Assembly: GCA_965112735.1 (NCBI GenBank)
Contig: OZ218957.1
Location: 992,001 to 1,056,000, forward strand
Length of the DNA stretch: 64,000 nucleotides
Source: Phaeosaccion multiseriatum
Taxonomy: Eukaryota; Protista; Ochrophyta, other classes
Direction: 5' to 3'
Position numbers and translations under genes: made by a program. The notes beneath the pieces are model-generated. The model did not search any database, was not told the DNA's origin, and saw nothing but the letters and a program-made list of their open reading frames with translations. Positions 40,595 through 52,769 of this stretch are shown here, piece after piece; position 1 is the stretch's first letter; every line of letters starts with the position of its first letter.

Positions 40595-41032
40595 TCACTC
40601 CTTGATAAAGAGGAGGTGCGCGGCCATGAGGATGCAACTCATGCTCACGTACGGACTCAGCCGCTCCCCAATCCGGCTCATTTTCCAGCAAAAGCCCCTC
40701 AGACCACTGTGGTTTTGACGGGAGGTCAGCCCCCCTCCCGGTCCTCCGATGCTGTTGGGGGGTTGGGGATGGGAAGCAGTCGGCTGCTGCCCCTGCTGGG
40801 CAGGGCCCGGTGAATCAAATATCGTCGGTTTGTAGCCCCGCAAGTAGGTGCAGGTGCAGATAAAGAGCAGGAGAACCAAGATGAGGCTGGAAAACGAAAA
40901 CAGAGCCGCCTGTGAGCGAGTAAGGACAGGGAAGCAAATTCGAGGGGGGAGAGAAGAGAGAGGGGGTGAGTACGAGCTGGGGTGATAAAAAGGCATTCTT
41001 TCTTCCTGCTTCTTCATGCTTCTACGCACCAT
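40595..41032 (-). CDS. Hypothetical single-TM protein (exon structure and 3' end unresolved)
   Basis: aacATGg start head-to-head with EHD; hydrophobic stretch AALFSFSSLILVLLLFICTC; no recognisable domain. Confidence 0.3.
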   Translation of the reverse strand: MVRRSMKKQEERMPFYHPSSYSPPLSSLPPRICFPVLTRSQAALFSFSSLILVLLLFICTCTYLRGYKPTIFDSPGPAQQGQQPTASHPQPPNSIGGPGGGLTSRQNHSGLRGFCWKMSRIGERLSPYVSMSCILMAAHLLFIKE

Positions 41033-41322
41033 GTTAGCTTAAAATAATCTCGCTCTCCTAGTCGCAAAGGGATGCATGCCGCGTCTACTGCCATCTCTCT
41101 GAATCTTCTCTCTCACCTTAAACCAAAGTTTTCTTCCCCTTCGCAAAGGGGCTTGCAATCAGCGAGTGCGCATTCGCTTCAAGAAGCAGCAGCAGAAGAA
41201 TCATCATCAGGAAGTGGGGTCGAGATCACCGCCATCCTCTGCAGCCGAAGAGAGCCCGAGCCCTGGCACCCTAACGGATTGGGAGAGAGGGCGGGGGAGG
41301 AGGAGGGAGAAAGATTAGCACC

Positions 41323-42600
41323 ATGGATCGCGACGATCAGACGATAGCGGTGGTGGAGGGTCTCAAGAAGCTCTACCACACCAAGCTCAAACCCTTGGAG
41401 GAGGTGCGTGGCAGGCGTGCACAGGGCTGCTGAGACAGTCGTGCCATGAGGACGGGGGGGGGGGGCGATGGAGGGGGGGATTCCCGGCGCGGGGGAGCCC
41501 TTGCAGCCGGGGGGGGGGAGAGACACCGGGTGAATGAGAGCGAGGAGCAAGTTGGGGCGCTTTTTTATGCTCTATTGGCTGTTCCTTTCCCCGTTCCGAT
41601 CCGAATCTCTCGTCGCCCCCCTCCCATCAGACGTACATGTTCGACTTTTTCCACTCGCCACTGCTCACGGATTGCGAGTTTGACAGCAAGCCCCATGTAA
41701 GTCGTCTCTATTGCAAAAGAACCCCGTCCGCTCCGCTCCCTCCCCTCGCCTCCCCTCCCCACCAGAACCCGGCGAGAAACTCGGACTGATCACTCTGGTG
41801 CCGGCGGTGCTCTCGTGCTGTCGTCCCTCCCCCCCATCAGGTGCTAATGATTGGACAGTACTCCACAGGAAAGACCTCTTTCATTCGGTACCTGCTGGGA
41901 CGGGATTTTCCAGGCCAGGTAAGCATGCCCGCCACCGCACCACAACTCGCACAACTCGCTTCTGTCGCTCTCTTTTCTGCTGTGCCGTCGCTCCGCTGTA
42001 TGCAGCCAACACCCCGTTATCACGCTCCATACAGGATCCCCCCTGCCGTGTTCCTTCCCTACCGTGCAGCCTTGGTCTGTTGCCGCCCCCTCCCGGCACT
42101 CCGCCGGGTCACCTTCTCCTCTTCGATAGTCCCTCTTCGCTCACCCCCCTCTCTCCCCTTCCCCTCCCCTCCCGCGTCCCGCGTCCCGCAACTCGCAGCG
42201 AATCGGACCCGAGCCCACCACAGACCGCTTCGTCGCGGTAAGATGGGCATACACCCCCAGCTGTCTTACGGCCTTCTTTTGCCATCTTTTGGGTGGACGG
42301 GGGGGGGGGTCAGAGAGACAGACAGACAGACAGACAGGACTCTTGGAGACAAAGGTAAGACAGGAAAACGTCTCGTAAGCCTCTTAGTCTCATGGCTCTC
42401 TCCTCTCTCCTCTATCCCCTCTCCCCTCTCTCCTCCCCCCTCTCCCCTCTCCCCTGCCCCTGTGGACAGGTGATGGACGGTCCTGACGAGAGGGTGGTTC
42501 CTGGCCCTGCCCTCACCGTGAGCCCCAACCTGCCTTACACTGGCCTCGACAAGTACGGCGTGTCCTTCCTCAACAAGTTCGAAGCGTCCACGGTGAGTAA

Positions 42601-42648
<48 letters not shown>

Positions 42649-45600
42649 GGTCTTTCTCTCTCTCTGTCTCAGTGTGTGTGTCTACCCTTCTGTGTGGTGT
42701 GTGTCTCTCTCTGTATGCTCTCCCCCTTCCCCATGCTGAGTGACAGGGGGTGCCGAGGAGGACTGTGTACAAGTAGCGTCCCTGTTCTCACTGCTCCCTC
42801 CCTCCCCTCATCCCGCTCCCCCCCCCCCCCCTGCCCACCACCGCGGCCTTCCACCCACCCGCCCACCCCCCCCCTTGGACGGCGCTGAATCTGTCGGCAG
42901 CTGCCCAGCCCTGTCCTACGCAACATCACCATCATCGACTCCCCCGGGGTGCTGTCAGGGGAGAAGCAGCGCGTGAGTCGAGGCTACGACTTCGTGGAGG
43001 TGTGCCATTGGTTCGCAGAGAGATCAGACCTCATCTTGCTGCTGGTGAGATGAGTGTGGGGAGTGAAAGGGAGGGGAAGGGGACGTGCGGGGAGGACCGG
43101 GGGCGAGGAGGAGGCCGTCCGGTGACCGGAGCCGAGCAGGGCATGGCAGGAAGATGGCGATTAAGCGGTCGTGAAGCGGTCGTAAGCGGTGGACCGACCA
43201 CAGCCCGCGCTCTGCACACCCTCAGATGCAGCGGCGAGGCACTTGCTTGAGTCCTTCTCCCCTCATGTGCCTTGGATTATTCTCTTTGTCCCCTGCTCTC
43301 TCCGTCTCTCGATTTCTTGCCCTCTCTCCATCCCTCTGCCCCTCTCCCTCTCTCTTACTCCCTGTCTCTCTATGGCTATATCTATATGTGCATGTGTCGT
43401 GCCCTCCCCTGGTCAGTTCGATGCCCACAAGCTGGACATTTCGGACGAGTTTAAGGCCACCATCGACGCGCTGAAGGGCCACGACGACAAGATCCGCTGC
43501 GTACTCAACAAGGCCGACCAGGTCAGTGCTCAGTGCCAGTGCACACTGCCAGTACTCAGTGCCACTCTTGCCCTTGCTCTTGCCGTGGTTATGGTTGGCC
43601 TCTCTCTCTCCACCCACTCCCTCCCTCACTCATTCATTCGCTCTCCCTCTCTGTTCACTCACCCACTCACTCCGTCACTCACCGTTGTGCCTCCCCCGTG
43701 CCCCTTAAGGTGGATCGGCAAAAGCTGATGCGCGTGTACGGTGCCCTGATGTGGAGCATGGGAAAGATCATCAAGACCCCAGAGGTGTGTGTGTGTGCGT
43801 GTGGGTGCGTGGTGAACTGTATCTGTTAAAAACTCTATGTCAAATTTAATTTACGTAAGCTTTATTTTACTTTACTGACTTCATCATGCACATGTGCACA
43901 AATCACAATACGAATGTATCAGGTGCTGCGTGTGTACACAGGGAGCTTCTGGGACGAGCCCCTCATGTATGACGACAACGCAGCGCTCTTCGACATGGAG
44001 GAGAGGGACCTGATGAACGATCTCAGGGGGCTTCCACGGAACAGGTGGGCAGGGGATGGGTGGGTGGGGGGGGGGGTTTGGGGTTGGGTTAGGCTTGACT
44101 TGGTCTGTCTTTCCCATGCCTGCCTCTCACCCAACCTCCCCCCCCTGCGCTGCTTGTCTTGTTTGTTGTCTGCTCTCCCCTCCCTCTTTCGTAGTGCGGT
44201 GAGGAAGATCAATGAGCTCGTCAAGCGGTGCCGCTTGGCCAAAGTACACGCCTACCTTATTGGGTATCTCAGGGGGAAGATGCCCAATATGATGGGCAAG
44301 GAGAAGGCACAGAAGAATCTCATCAACGATCTGCCCGCGGTCTTCCGAACAGGTGAGGGAGGGAGGGAGGGAGGCAGGGAGATCGGGAGGGGGGGAAGAG
44401 AGGGTGGCAGGGAGGGAGGGAGTCTTCTCCAGGGTGTGTGATGGAGAGGACTCGAGAGCGATGGCAGTCTACGGCTCAGTCAATCACTCACTCACATCAC
44501 CCTGGGCGGTGTCTGTGGTGATCGTTGACTTGCCATTGACGGCAGCCTCGACACACACGAAACGCCTCGCCCCCAGGCTGTCTCTAACACACGCCCGATG
44601 TCCTCCTCCCTGCCAATCTTATGCACGATGCACCACTCGCCCACTTGCCCCGCCCCTGCCCCTGTATCACCAACTGCTGCCCCTGACCGTATGACTGCCC
44701 GGCTCCAGTCATGAAGCAGCATAACTTGGCGGCGGGAGACTTCCCAGACCTCAACTCGTTCAGAGACAAGCTCCTAGAAATGAATTTTTCCAAGGTAAGT
44801 GGCACCTCTCTCTCTCGGTGTCTCTTTCTCCCCCTCTGAATCTCGTCTCTCTTCTCTGTCTCTCTCTCCCTCTGTTCTTCTCTCTCTTCTCTCTCTCCCC
44901 CTCTGCCTCTCCTCTCTCTCTCCCTGTCTCTCTCTTCCTCTCCGTCTGCCTCTCCCTGTCTCACTCTCCTCTCTCCCTCTCTCCCCCCCCCCCCCCTCCC
45001 CTCTCTCCCCCTCCCTCTCCCTCCCTCCCCCCCCTCTCTCTGCGGCAGTTCCCCAAGCTCAAGCCTAAGATGCTGGAGGACCTTGACACTGTGCTCAAGA
45101 AGGACATCCCAAGGCTCATGGAGATGCTGCCCAGGACGGCCGCGCCGACCAAGGTGGGTGGGCCGCGACAAAGGGGCGCACACTGCCAACCAGTCAGTCA
45201 GTCAGTCAGTCATGCAGTCAGTCAGGCAGTCAGTCAGTGCTGGTCTCAAGTGTGCGTCTCGGGGCGGAATGGGGTCGAGAACGAGTCCATAGTGGCACCG
45301 CCCTCCTCTCTGACCTCGTGCCATGTCCCCCCCCCCTTGCCTGTGCTGAATGCCCAACTTGTGCCGCTCGCAGGAGGAGCAGCAGCTTTCGCAGAGCATA
45401 AGGGAAGAGGCAGCAGCGAAAGCATCAGCCATGGACGTGCCTGTCCCGGAGAGGAGGTGAGGGCGTGAGGGAGTGAGTGAATGAGTTGAGTGAGTTTTTT
45501 TAGTTGGCAGGTGAGTGATTGCGGGAGGGGGGGAAGGGAGGGATGGAGGGATTGAGTGAGTGAGTGAGTGAGGGGGTGAGTGAGGGGGTGAGTGATTGAG

Positions 45601-46182
45601 TGCGTGTGTGAATGCGTGAGTGAGTGAGTGAGTGAGTGAGTGAGTGAGTGAGTGAGTGAGGGAGTGTATGATTAAGTGAATGCGTGAATGAGTGTGTGCG
45701 TGCGTGAGTGAGTGGAGTGAGTGGGTGAGTGAGTGCATGAGTAAGTGAGTGCGTGTGTGAGTGCGTGGAGTGAGTGAGTGAAGGTCCCCACGCTACCTCC
45801 CTGCCCTGCATTTTCCTGACCGCCACTGACCCCCCTAAATGGGCTGCCTCTTGCCGTCTCTCCTCTTCGTTGCGCAGAGCAAGTACTCCGGCCGCCCAAC
45901 CGCCTGTCCCCCCTCCCTCAAACTCAAACTCGGACGGCAACCCCTTCCAGGAAAGCTCTGGAGGACGGAGGGTGAGTGGTTGCGGCACTACATTGTGTTC
46001 ATGTGGGGTTGCTGCTTCCCTTGGCGGCGCTAGATTGAGGCCCAATCAGAGCTAGATTGAGGCCCGATCAGAGCTAGATTGAGGCCCAATCAGAGCCAGA
46101 TTGAGGCCCAATCAGAGAGTCTCAATGCCCTCCCCCCCGCCTGCCCTATTGCTGCTGCTACACACACACACGCACACACACA

Positions 46183-46227
<45 letters not shown>

Positions 46228-46838
46228 ACACACGCACACACGCACACACACACACACATACACGCATGCAGGCCTCTGCCAACGGCGCACTTGGGGGCGG
46301 CGGCGTGCCTTGGGCCTTGGAGGACGAGGTGGCGGAGTATCAGGACCTTTTCTATGCTGCAGAGCCCGTGGACGGGAGGGTGGATGCCAACAACGCGCGC
46401 GTGCCGCTGTTGCAGACAGGCCTACCCACGGACACGCTCAGAGTGCTGTGGGACCTTGCCGACATCGACCAGGCAAGGCTGTTCTTTACTTGCTTTCTTA
46501 GTTACTGGGGGGCGGGGGGTGGGGGATAAGGGGTGGGGCTGGTGAAGGGAGAGAGGGCAGTGGGGGGGGTGATTGATGGGTCTCGAGGAAGCAAGTAGGC
46601 AAGCTCGCGAGCCGCATCCCACCGCCCCTGTTTGTTCTCTCTCTCAACTCCCCACCCACCCGGCCCCGCCTCGCTCACTCTTACGTCTGTTCCCTCCCTC
46701 ACTCAGGACGGGGAGCTGGACATTTTTGAGTTTACCATTGCCATGCACCTAAGCGGGACAGTCAAGGCGGGAGAGAGCCTGCCCGACCGGCTTCCCCTGG
46801 AGTTAGTCCCTCCCAGCAAACGACACCTCTTGGGCTGA
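41323..46838 (+). CDS. EHD1: EH domain-containing ATPase (EHD1/RME-1 family)
   Basis: [14 protein letters not shown]; [12 protein letters not shown]; [11 protein letters not shown]; [12 protein letters not shown]; [12 protein letters not shown]; VLNKADQ; [11 protein letters not shown]; KVHAYLI; EH domain LWDLADIDQ|[15 protein letters not shown]...LVPPSKR. Confidence 0.97.
45465..45780 (+). repeat. (GTGA)n / (GAGT)n intronic array in EHD
   Basis: Long imperfect gagtgagtgagt run. Confidence 0.85.
46029..46116. repeat. 22-bp tandem repeat x4 (gctagattgaggcccaatcaga)
   Basis: Units at 46029, 46051, 46073 and 46095, each with at most 1 mismatch. Internal GATTG/CAATC inverted repeat. Confidence 0.9.
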
Positions 46839-47631
46839 CTTGCTGCCTGCTGAGGCGCGTCTGATGATCTGCTGCTCTGCTGTTGCCAGCCAGTGGCTCT
46901 TTGCTTCGAGGGTGACGAGACGATGGATCGCGTCCGAATGGAATGAGCTAATCGAAGCTAACGGGCTACGAGGAGATGAGCCAAGGAGCTGGCCTAGCCG
47001 AGGAGCGCCCTTCCTATATGTTGAGGCGGCGAAAAAGCTGCCCTGTACATGCTTTCATGCCTGCCGGACCTGCAGCGGCAGCAGCCGACGAAGCGGCGAG
47101 CAGGAGAGAGGTTCCCCCAAATCCCTCCTTAAGAGGACGAGAGGTCAAGAGAAGCGACTTACAAATACGTCGAGTTGAGTTTTTACAAACTTAATAGGAG
47201 GGGGATTGATATATTGACTGTGTTGCAGCGGGTTTCAGAGGATGAGGAGGGGGCTGAAACAAAAGTGAATCATTCACAGGTGGAACGGGGGTTTCCGTGT
47301 GTGACCCTAACTCACACAGCGGTTATAGATGATGATTGGTGGGGGGTCACCATGAAGGTTGAAGTCATTCACATATGGCGACGGTAAAGAACCAATGCAA
47401 CTTCTGAAACCCCACGTCCCCCTGTGTGCGCGTGATGCGTTCGAAGTTCGCGTTCGGATTTTTTTTAAGTAGCCACACCCGTATCTCTCGCGCCCTCTAC
47501 CCATCTCTCTCCCCCCCCTCCTCTCTCTGCCTCTCCCTCTCCCAAGAAAGAGCAGCAAGCCTCTCCCACAGAACGCCGCTTTGAAAACGAAGCATTACCT
47601 GTGCTTACGCACCTCAGAGCCACGAGGCCTT

Positions 47632-48798
47632 ATGTCCCCCCCGTCCCTGTTTGATTTCTTTACATCAACCGGAGAGGCAGCAACGCTACTGAGGCTCCAG
47701 GTAAGGCCTAGGATGGGGAGGAAGAGAGATTAACTAAGCGTGAAAAGAAAAAGAGAAAAGAAATTGATGCTCCTTTCCTTGGCAATCCCCCTCAGGCCCA
47801 GCGGCAGAGATTGGCGCTACTCCCAGGACAGTCCGTGTCTGATTTGACGAGGGAGTTTGTAAGAGCAGAATCGGGGAGCCAGCGGAGCAGACGGATTGCT
47901 GCTCGCATTTTGGTTCTATATGGTGAGCATGGCCAGGACTTCTTTCTCCCCCCCCCCTCTCCTCCTTAGTCCTTACCCCTGAGAACGCAAAACTCCTCTG
48001 GCCTGTTGCTCTTCTCTAGGCTATTCACTGCTCGCCACGTCGATTCTGGACGCTCTCCAGCTCCGAGCAGCGTCAGGGGGCAGTCTTATGTGGTCCCTGG
48101 AGGACTCTGATAGGCTGAAGGGAGGACTGGAGGCATCTGTTGTGGTTCAAGGAGGCGCCGCAAGGCCCCCGTCCTCCTCGGAAGGGGCTGCCACCAAGGC
48201 CCCCGCCACCCCGCCCTGCTCCTTTACGCTGGTGAGGAAGGCACCGAGAGTGGACAAAAGCTTGGCCTCATGCCGAGCTTTGATTCGGGCCAAAGCTGCT
48301 CAGCTTTCCCTCATCGGACAGGAGGCGCGGGAAGATCGGAGGACTCTGTGGGAGGTGGAAGGGATAGCCTGTTACGAACTGGTGGAGGGCGGCTTGGCGT
48401 ATACCCAAGGAAAGCGGCCAATGTCCCCTGAGGAGTACGGCTGTGTGTACAGACAATTCCTTTCCGCCTCCAGAGAGAAAAGGATGATGGGCAGCAGCGG
48501 CAGTGCTTTGCAAGGGACAATGGGCGGGGGTGCGCTTGCTCGTGCTCGGCACGTGAGGGGTAGAAGCGACCTCGCTGTTACGGCAACACCTCAGAGAGAT
48601 GCTTTTCAGTGCGCGACAGAGAGAGAGCGAGGCATCAAGAGAGCACAATCGGCACCACTTCTGACACCGACAGAGGTTTATGAGTGCGCGCCAGAGAGAG
48701 AGCGAGGCATCAAGAGAGCGCTATCGGAACCACTTCAGGCACCGACCGATGCGTATCAATGCCCTCCGGATAGAGTCAAGAGAGCCAAATCGTACTGA
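47632..48798 (+). CDS. Hypothetical protein with C-terminal ~25-aa tandem repeats
   Basis: Three in-phase exons: MSPPSLFDFF...LRLQ|AQRQRL...LVLY|GYSLLATS...; repeats ERERGIKRAQSAP / ERERGIKRALSEP / DRVKRAKSY. Confidence 0.6.
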
Positions 48799-49000
48799 TG
48801 ATGCTTGGGGTCGACAGTACTTTTTCCGCATCGTTGGATCTCAGCGATGAATGTATGAAACAAGTATAGATGGAAGGAAGGAGTGACAGAGTATTGTTAT
48901 CGGCATGGAGTGCCTTCGTAATTTAAAACAATTAACCCCTCTATGACTTGGGGAACTGAGATTAAAAACATAAGTCAGGCCTGATTCATTCGTTCCACTC

Positions 49001-52000
49001 TCAACCGCGTTGGGCGCCCTCGCCCGCTCCTCCGCTCTCCTCGCTCTTCCCCTCGCCCCCCGCATCCCCCGCGTCCGTCGCACTTCCCAAGCACACTGAG
49101 GGAGGCGCGGTATTAAGTGCGAAGGACACGGCAGCGTGAGTGCTCACAAAGAGAGAGGACACACCGATCTCAGACAAGAAGCCATCGCGGTGCAGCACAT
49201 CTCTCACGCTCCCCCGGGGGGCTGCCAGGAGTAGACGGCACCCTCGGGCTTGGAGCAGCTTCAGCATCTGAGGAGAGGGGAGAGGGAGAGGAAACGAGGG
49301 GAGCGGAGAGGAGGGGAGAGGAGAAGAGACGAGAGGAGGGCAGGGGAGAGAAGAGGAGGGGTGATAAGAGGAGAGGAGAGGAGAGGAGAGAAGAGGAGAG
49401 AAGCAGCGCCCCATGACGCGTCGGTCGTGAAATAGAGGGCGGGTGAGGATGGGGCCTGGGGGGCAGGAAGCAGTTGGTGCGTACGGGGAGGCGACTCACT
49501 CACTGACCTTGTGCAGTTCTTTGATGCCGGAGCTGTCGAGCCCATTCATCGCCGTACAATCAAGCACCAGCCACTGCACCCCCACCCCCACCCCAGTGTC
49601 TGCAATGTTCGCAGGAGAGTCTGCGTCTTTACTGTCTCCTCCTCCCGCTCCTCCCGCCCCTCCTGCCCCCCCGCTGCTCCCTGCAATGACTGCTCGCCCC
49701 CACCGGCCGCTGCTGGTCTGAGGACGGAGCCTTGTGTCCAAGTGCGCAGTTACTGCAGAGTGAAACGCTTCGCGAGTAATGTACGACAAGGATGCGTGGA
49801 AGCGCAGAATGAGAAGGCCGGGAAACACCACGAGATTGTCGTAGCGTTTGACGTCTCTGTAGAGCTGCGTCCGTCGGACCCACCCCAATTCGGTGGTGTC
49901 CGTGTGGGCTGCGGAGTACGCGGTTACAAGGAGGCTGGAGAGCACGCTTATACCCACCCCGGGACCGACGTTGAAGACGACGGTGCTAAGGAATGACCAT
50001 AGCCACATGAAGGCGTCGGAGCGGTTGACGTGCAGTAGGGAGAAGAATTGCTTGTACTGCATGAGCATGCCTCTCAGCGCCACGAGGATGACTGAGGCCT
50101 ACAGAGACGACAACAAGGGAGGGAGGGAGGGAGGGAGGGAGGGAGGGGGGCGGGAGGGAGGGAGGGAGGGAGGGAGGGAGGGAGGGAGGGAGGGAGGGAC
50201 GGAGGGAGGGAGAAGGGGAGGGGGGGACTGAGATGCAGGCGAGCAAGTCGGGGGGGGAGGGGAATATGGAATAGAAGAGAGGCTGGGTACCGTCGGCACG
50301 CACGCACCAGAATGGCATTCGGCATGGCCTCAAACAGCGGGATGAGAGCAACAACCACGATGATCATGATGCCTCCCGAGATGAGAGTCGCCTACCGCAG
50401 GCACATGTCCGGCAGAGGGGAGGAGGGAGAGAAGGAGGGAAGTATGAGCGATTCAAACCCCCGCAGCGACTGGTCTAAAGGCATTGACGCCTCGCACCGC
50501 GAGTACGTACGTACCAGTGGTGTGTTTCCTCCAGAGGCGACCACAACGGCGGATCGCGACAATGAACCTGCGGAGGGGTAGCAGGAGAACAAACTGCCCA
50601 CGATATTTGCAGCACCCAGTGCGACAAACTCCTGATTGGAGTCCGTTTCGTAGCCCAGCTGAGAGCCGATGGTCTTGACGATGGACACTGAGATGACGTA
50701 TGAGACGATGCTAATCGCAATGCCGGCCACAAAGATGTCCCCGAAGGACTGGCCGGCGATCGCCAGGCTGGGCAGGGCCGGTGTGGGTAGACCGGCCTCA
50801 AGCTTCCCGAGCACCTTCACATCGTATCTCTGCTCCAGATCGGCGAGGTGGGATACAAGTGTGGCAAAGACCACCACCAAGAGCTCTCCGGGGATGCTGA
50901 ATCGCAGCTGCTTTTTATACCGGGTGTTGACGGAGCGCACGGCCACGAGGAAAAGGATGCCGAGCACGCCCACCACCAGCGCGGCCACGTTGGTGTCATC
51001 GAGGTGGGCGAAGAGGTATACGTACGTGCGGAACAAGCTGCCAGGGTCGGAGTAGGAGGGCACTGAGAGGCCGAAGAGATGCTTCATTTGGCTGTTGATG
51101 TTCGGTTGGTTTCGACGGGGGGGGGAGGCAAGGGAGGGAGGGAGGAGAGGAGGGAGGGAGAATGGAAGGAAGGAAGGAAGGAAGGAAGGAAGGAAGGAAG
51201 GAAGGAAGCAAGGAAGGAAGTAAGGAAGCAAGTAAGCAAGGAAGGCAGGCAGGCAGGCAGAGATTGTCTCATATCATCAGTAAACCCATCGACAATGCAA
51301 GAGATCCGAACCCCGAAGTATACGAGATACCAACCTTGTGGCGACGAAGCACGCCGCAGCAGTGGTGACGCCGGAGACAATGGGATCGCTGAGGAGGACA
51401 GTCAGACCGCCGGCACGAAACAAGCCGAGCACGCATTGCTGCAGGCCCTGCGGAGAGGGAGACAGAGGCGCGGCTTTATAATCAGCGGGGCGGCGGGTAC
51501 AATCTTGGTGCATACAAGGAAGGAGCCCTTGCTTACCACAATGAAGCAGAGAGCGATGGTGAGTGACACGTACTCAGGATCGTCCACTCGTGTGATGGCG
51601 GGGCCTTGGGGGGGGGGGTGGGCGGGCAGGCGACAAGGTGGAATGTAGAGTGAGAGGCACGGGAAGGGAAAGGCGGGCACCGCAGGCAAGAACACGGGAA
51701 AGCAATAATGTCGTTGAAAAGGAAGAAGCAGGCTCCACTCTTGAGCTCTTCCTACCCCACCTTGACGGCCCAGCAGACTTTCGCAGGCGCTAGCCACCAT
51801 GAGGGACACGATGGCGAAGGGCCCAATGTGCATGTGCCTTGGGGAGGGGAAGCAGTAGCACACGGGACATACAAAACAGCAACCGTGAGTAGACCGTCCG
51901 TTGGGACAGCAGCTCCACACAGCGACAGGGAGTTGTCTTCTCTCACCGGCTTGAGCCCAGAAGGGAATAAATGACGACCGGAAAAATAGACGAATACAAT

Positions 52001-52590
52001 CCGTACTGCGGAGCTAACCCCGCCAGCAGCGCATAGGAGATGGCCTGGGGAATCATTAGCACCGCCACGGTGCATCCAGCCAAGATGTCTCCAGAAAGCC
52101 ACTCCCTCTTGTACTGCTTGCCCCATGCGAGAGCAGGAACCACCTTTCGGGCTTCGATTCTCCTCGCCCGTGTGACTGCCCACCGACAGCCGTCCCTGCA
52201 CTTTGGCACACCGCCCCGTGTCTCCACCCCTGCCCCTCGATCTGCAGACGCCCGGGAGGCAGTGGGGGTGCCTCGTTGTGCTGCGGCTGCAGCGAGTCGG
52301 CTGTCCTTCTCCATGAGAGCCACAAACTGCTCCTCGTCCAAGGCCATCTCCAACGCGTGAAATGCCCTCTCGTCCTCCTCCCCATAAGGGACGGAGCTGA
52401 ACTCGGGTGTTGGCTCAAGCCCCCAAAGGTCATTCTCACTGGCAGTGAAAAGCCTGCCCGCCCTTCTCCCCTCCTCGTCCCCGCTCTCCCCTTCCCCCTC
52501 GTGGCCCGTCTCTCCATCTCCGCCCTCTTCGGGCCTGCTGTTGACGCTCCTACTGTTGCCTCCATCGACACGTGCACGCTTCTCGGGCAT
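49001..52590 (-). CDS. SLC26/SulP anion (sulfate/bicarbonate) transporter with STAS domain
   Basis: GDILAGCTVAVLMIPQAISYALLAGL..QYGLYSS; GSSR|HMHIGPFAIVSLM; SQMKHLFG; DSNQEFVALGAANIVGS; GSLSRSAV; STAS WLVLDCTAMNGLDSSGI; LFVSTHAAV. Confidence 0.95.
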
Positions 52591-52769
52591 CGTTGACTAT
52601 CGTGCCTTAAAGATGAATGTCCACGGGCCTTAAGCCTCTCGGGTTAAAGGGTCGGATGGATAGACCGAAACATAGGCCCATCAACGACACATAGTTCACG
52701 TGTTGGTGCTCAAACTTGGCGACGATCTCCTGTCCGACAGCATCCAACAAAGGAGAGAAATACCGCGAC

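Noticed and set aside
46029-46116. CRISPR array from the palindromic 22-bp repeat
   Set aside because: The units are contiguous with no spacers.
47425-47460. tRNA-like GTTCGAA motif
   Set aside because: No cloverleaf stems or A-box around it.
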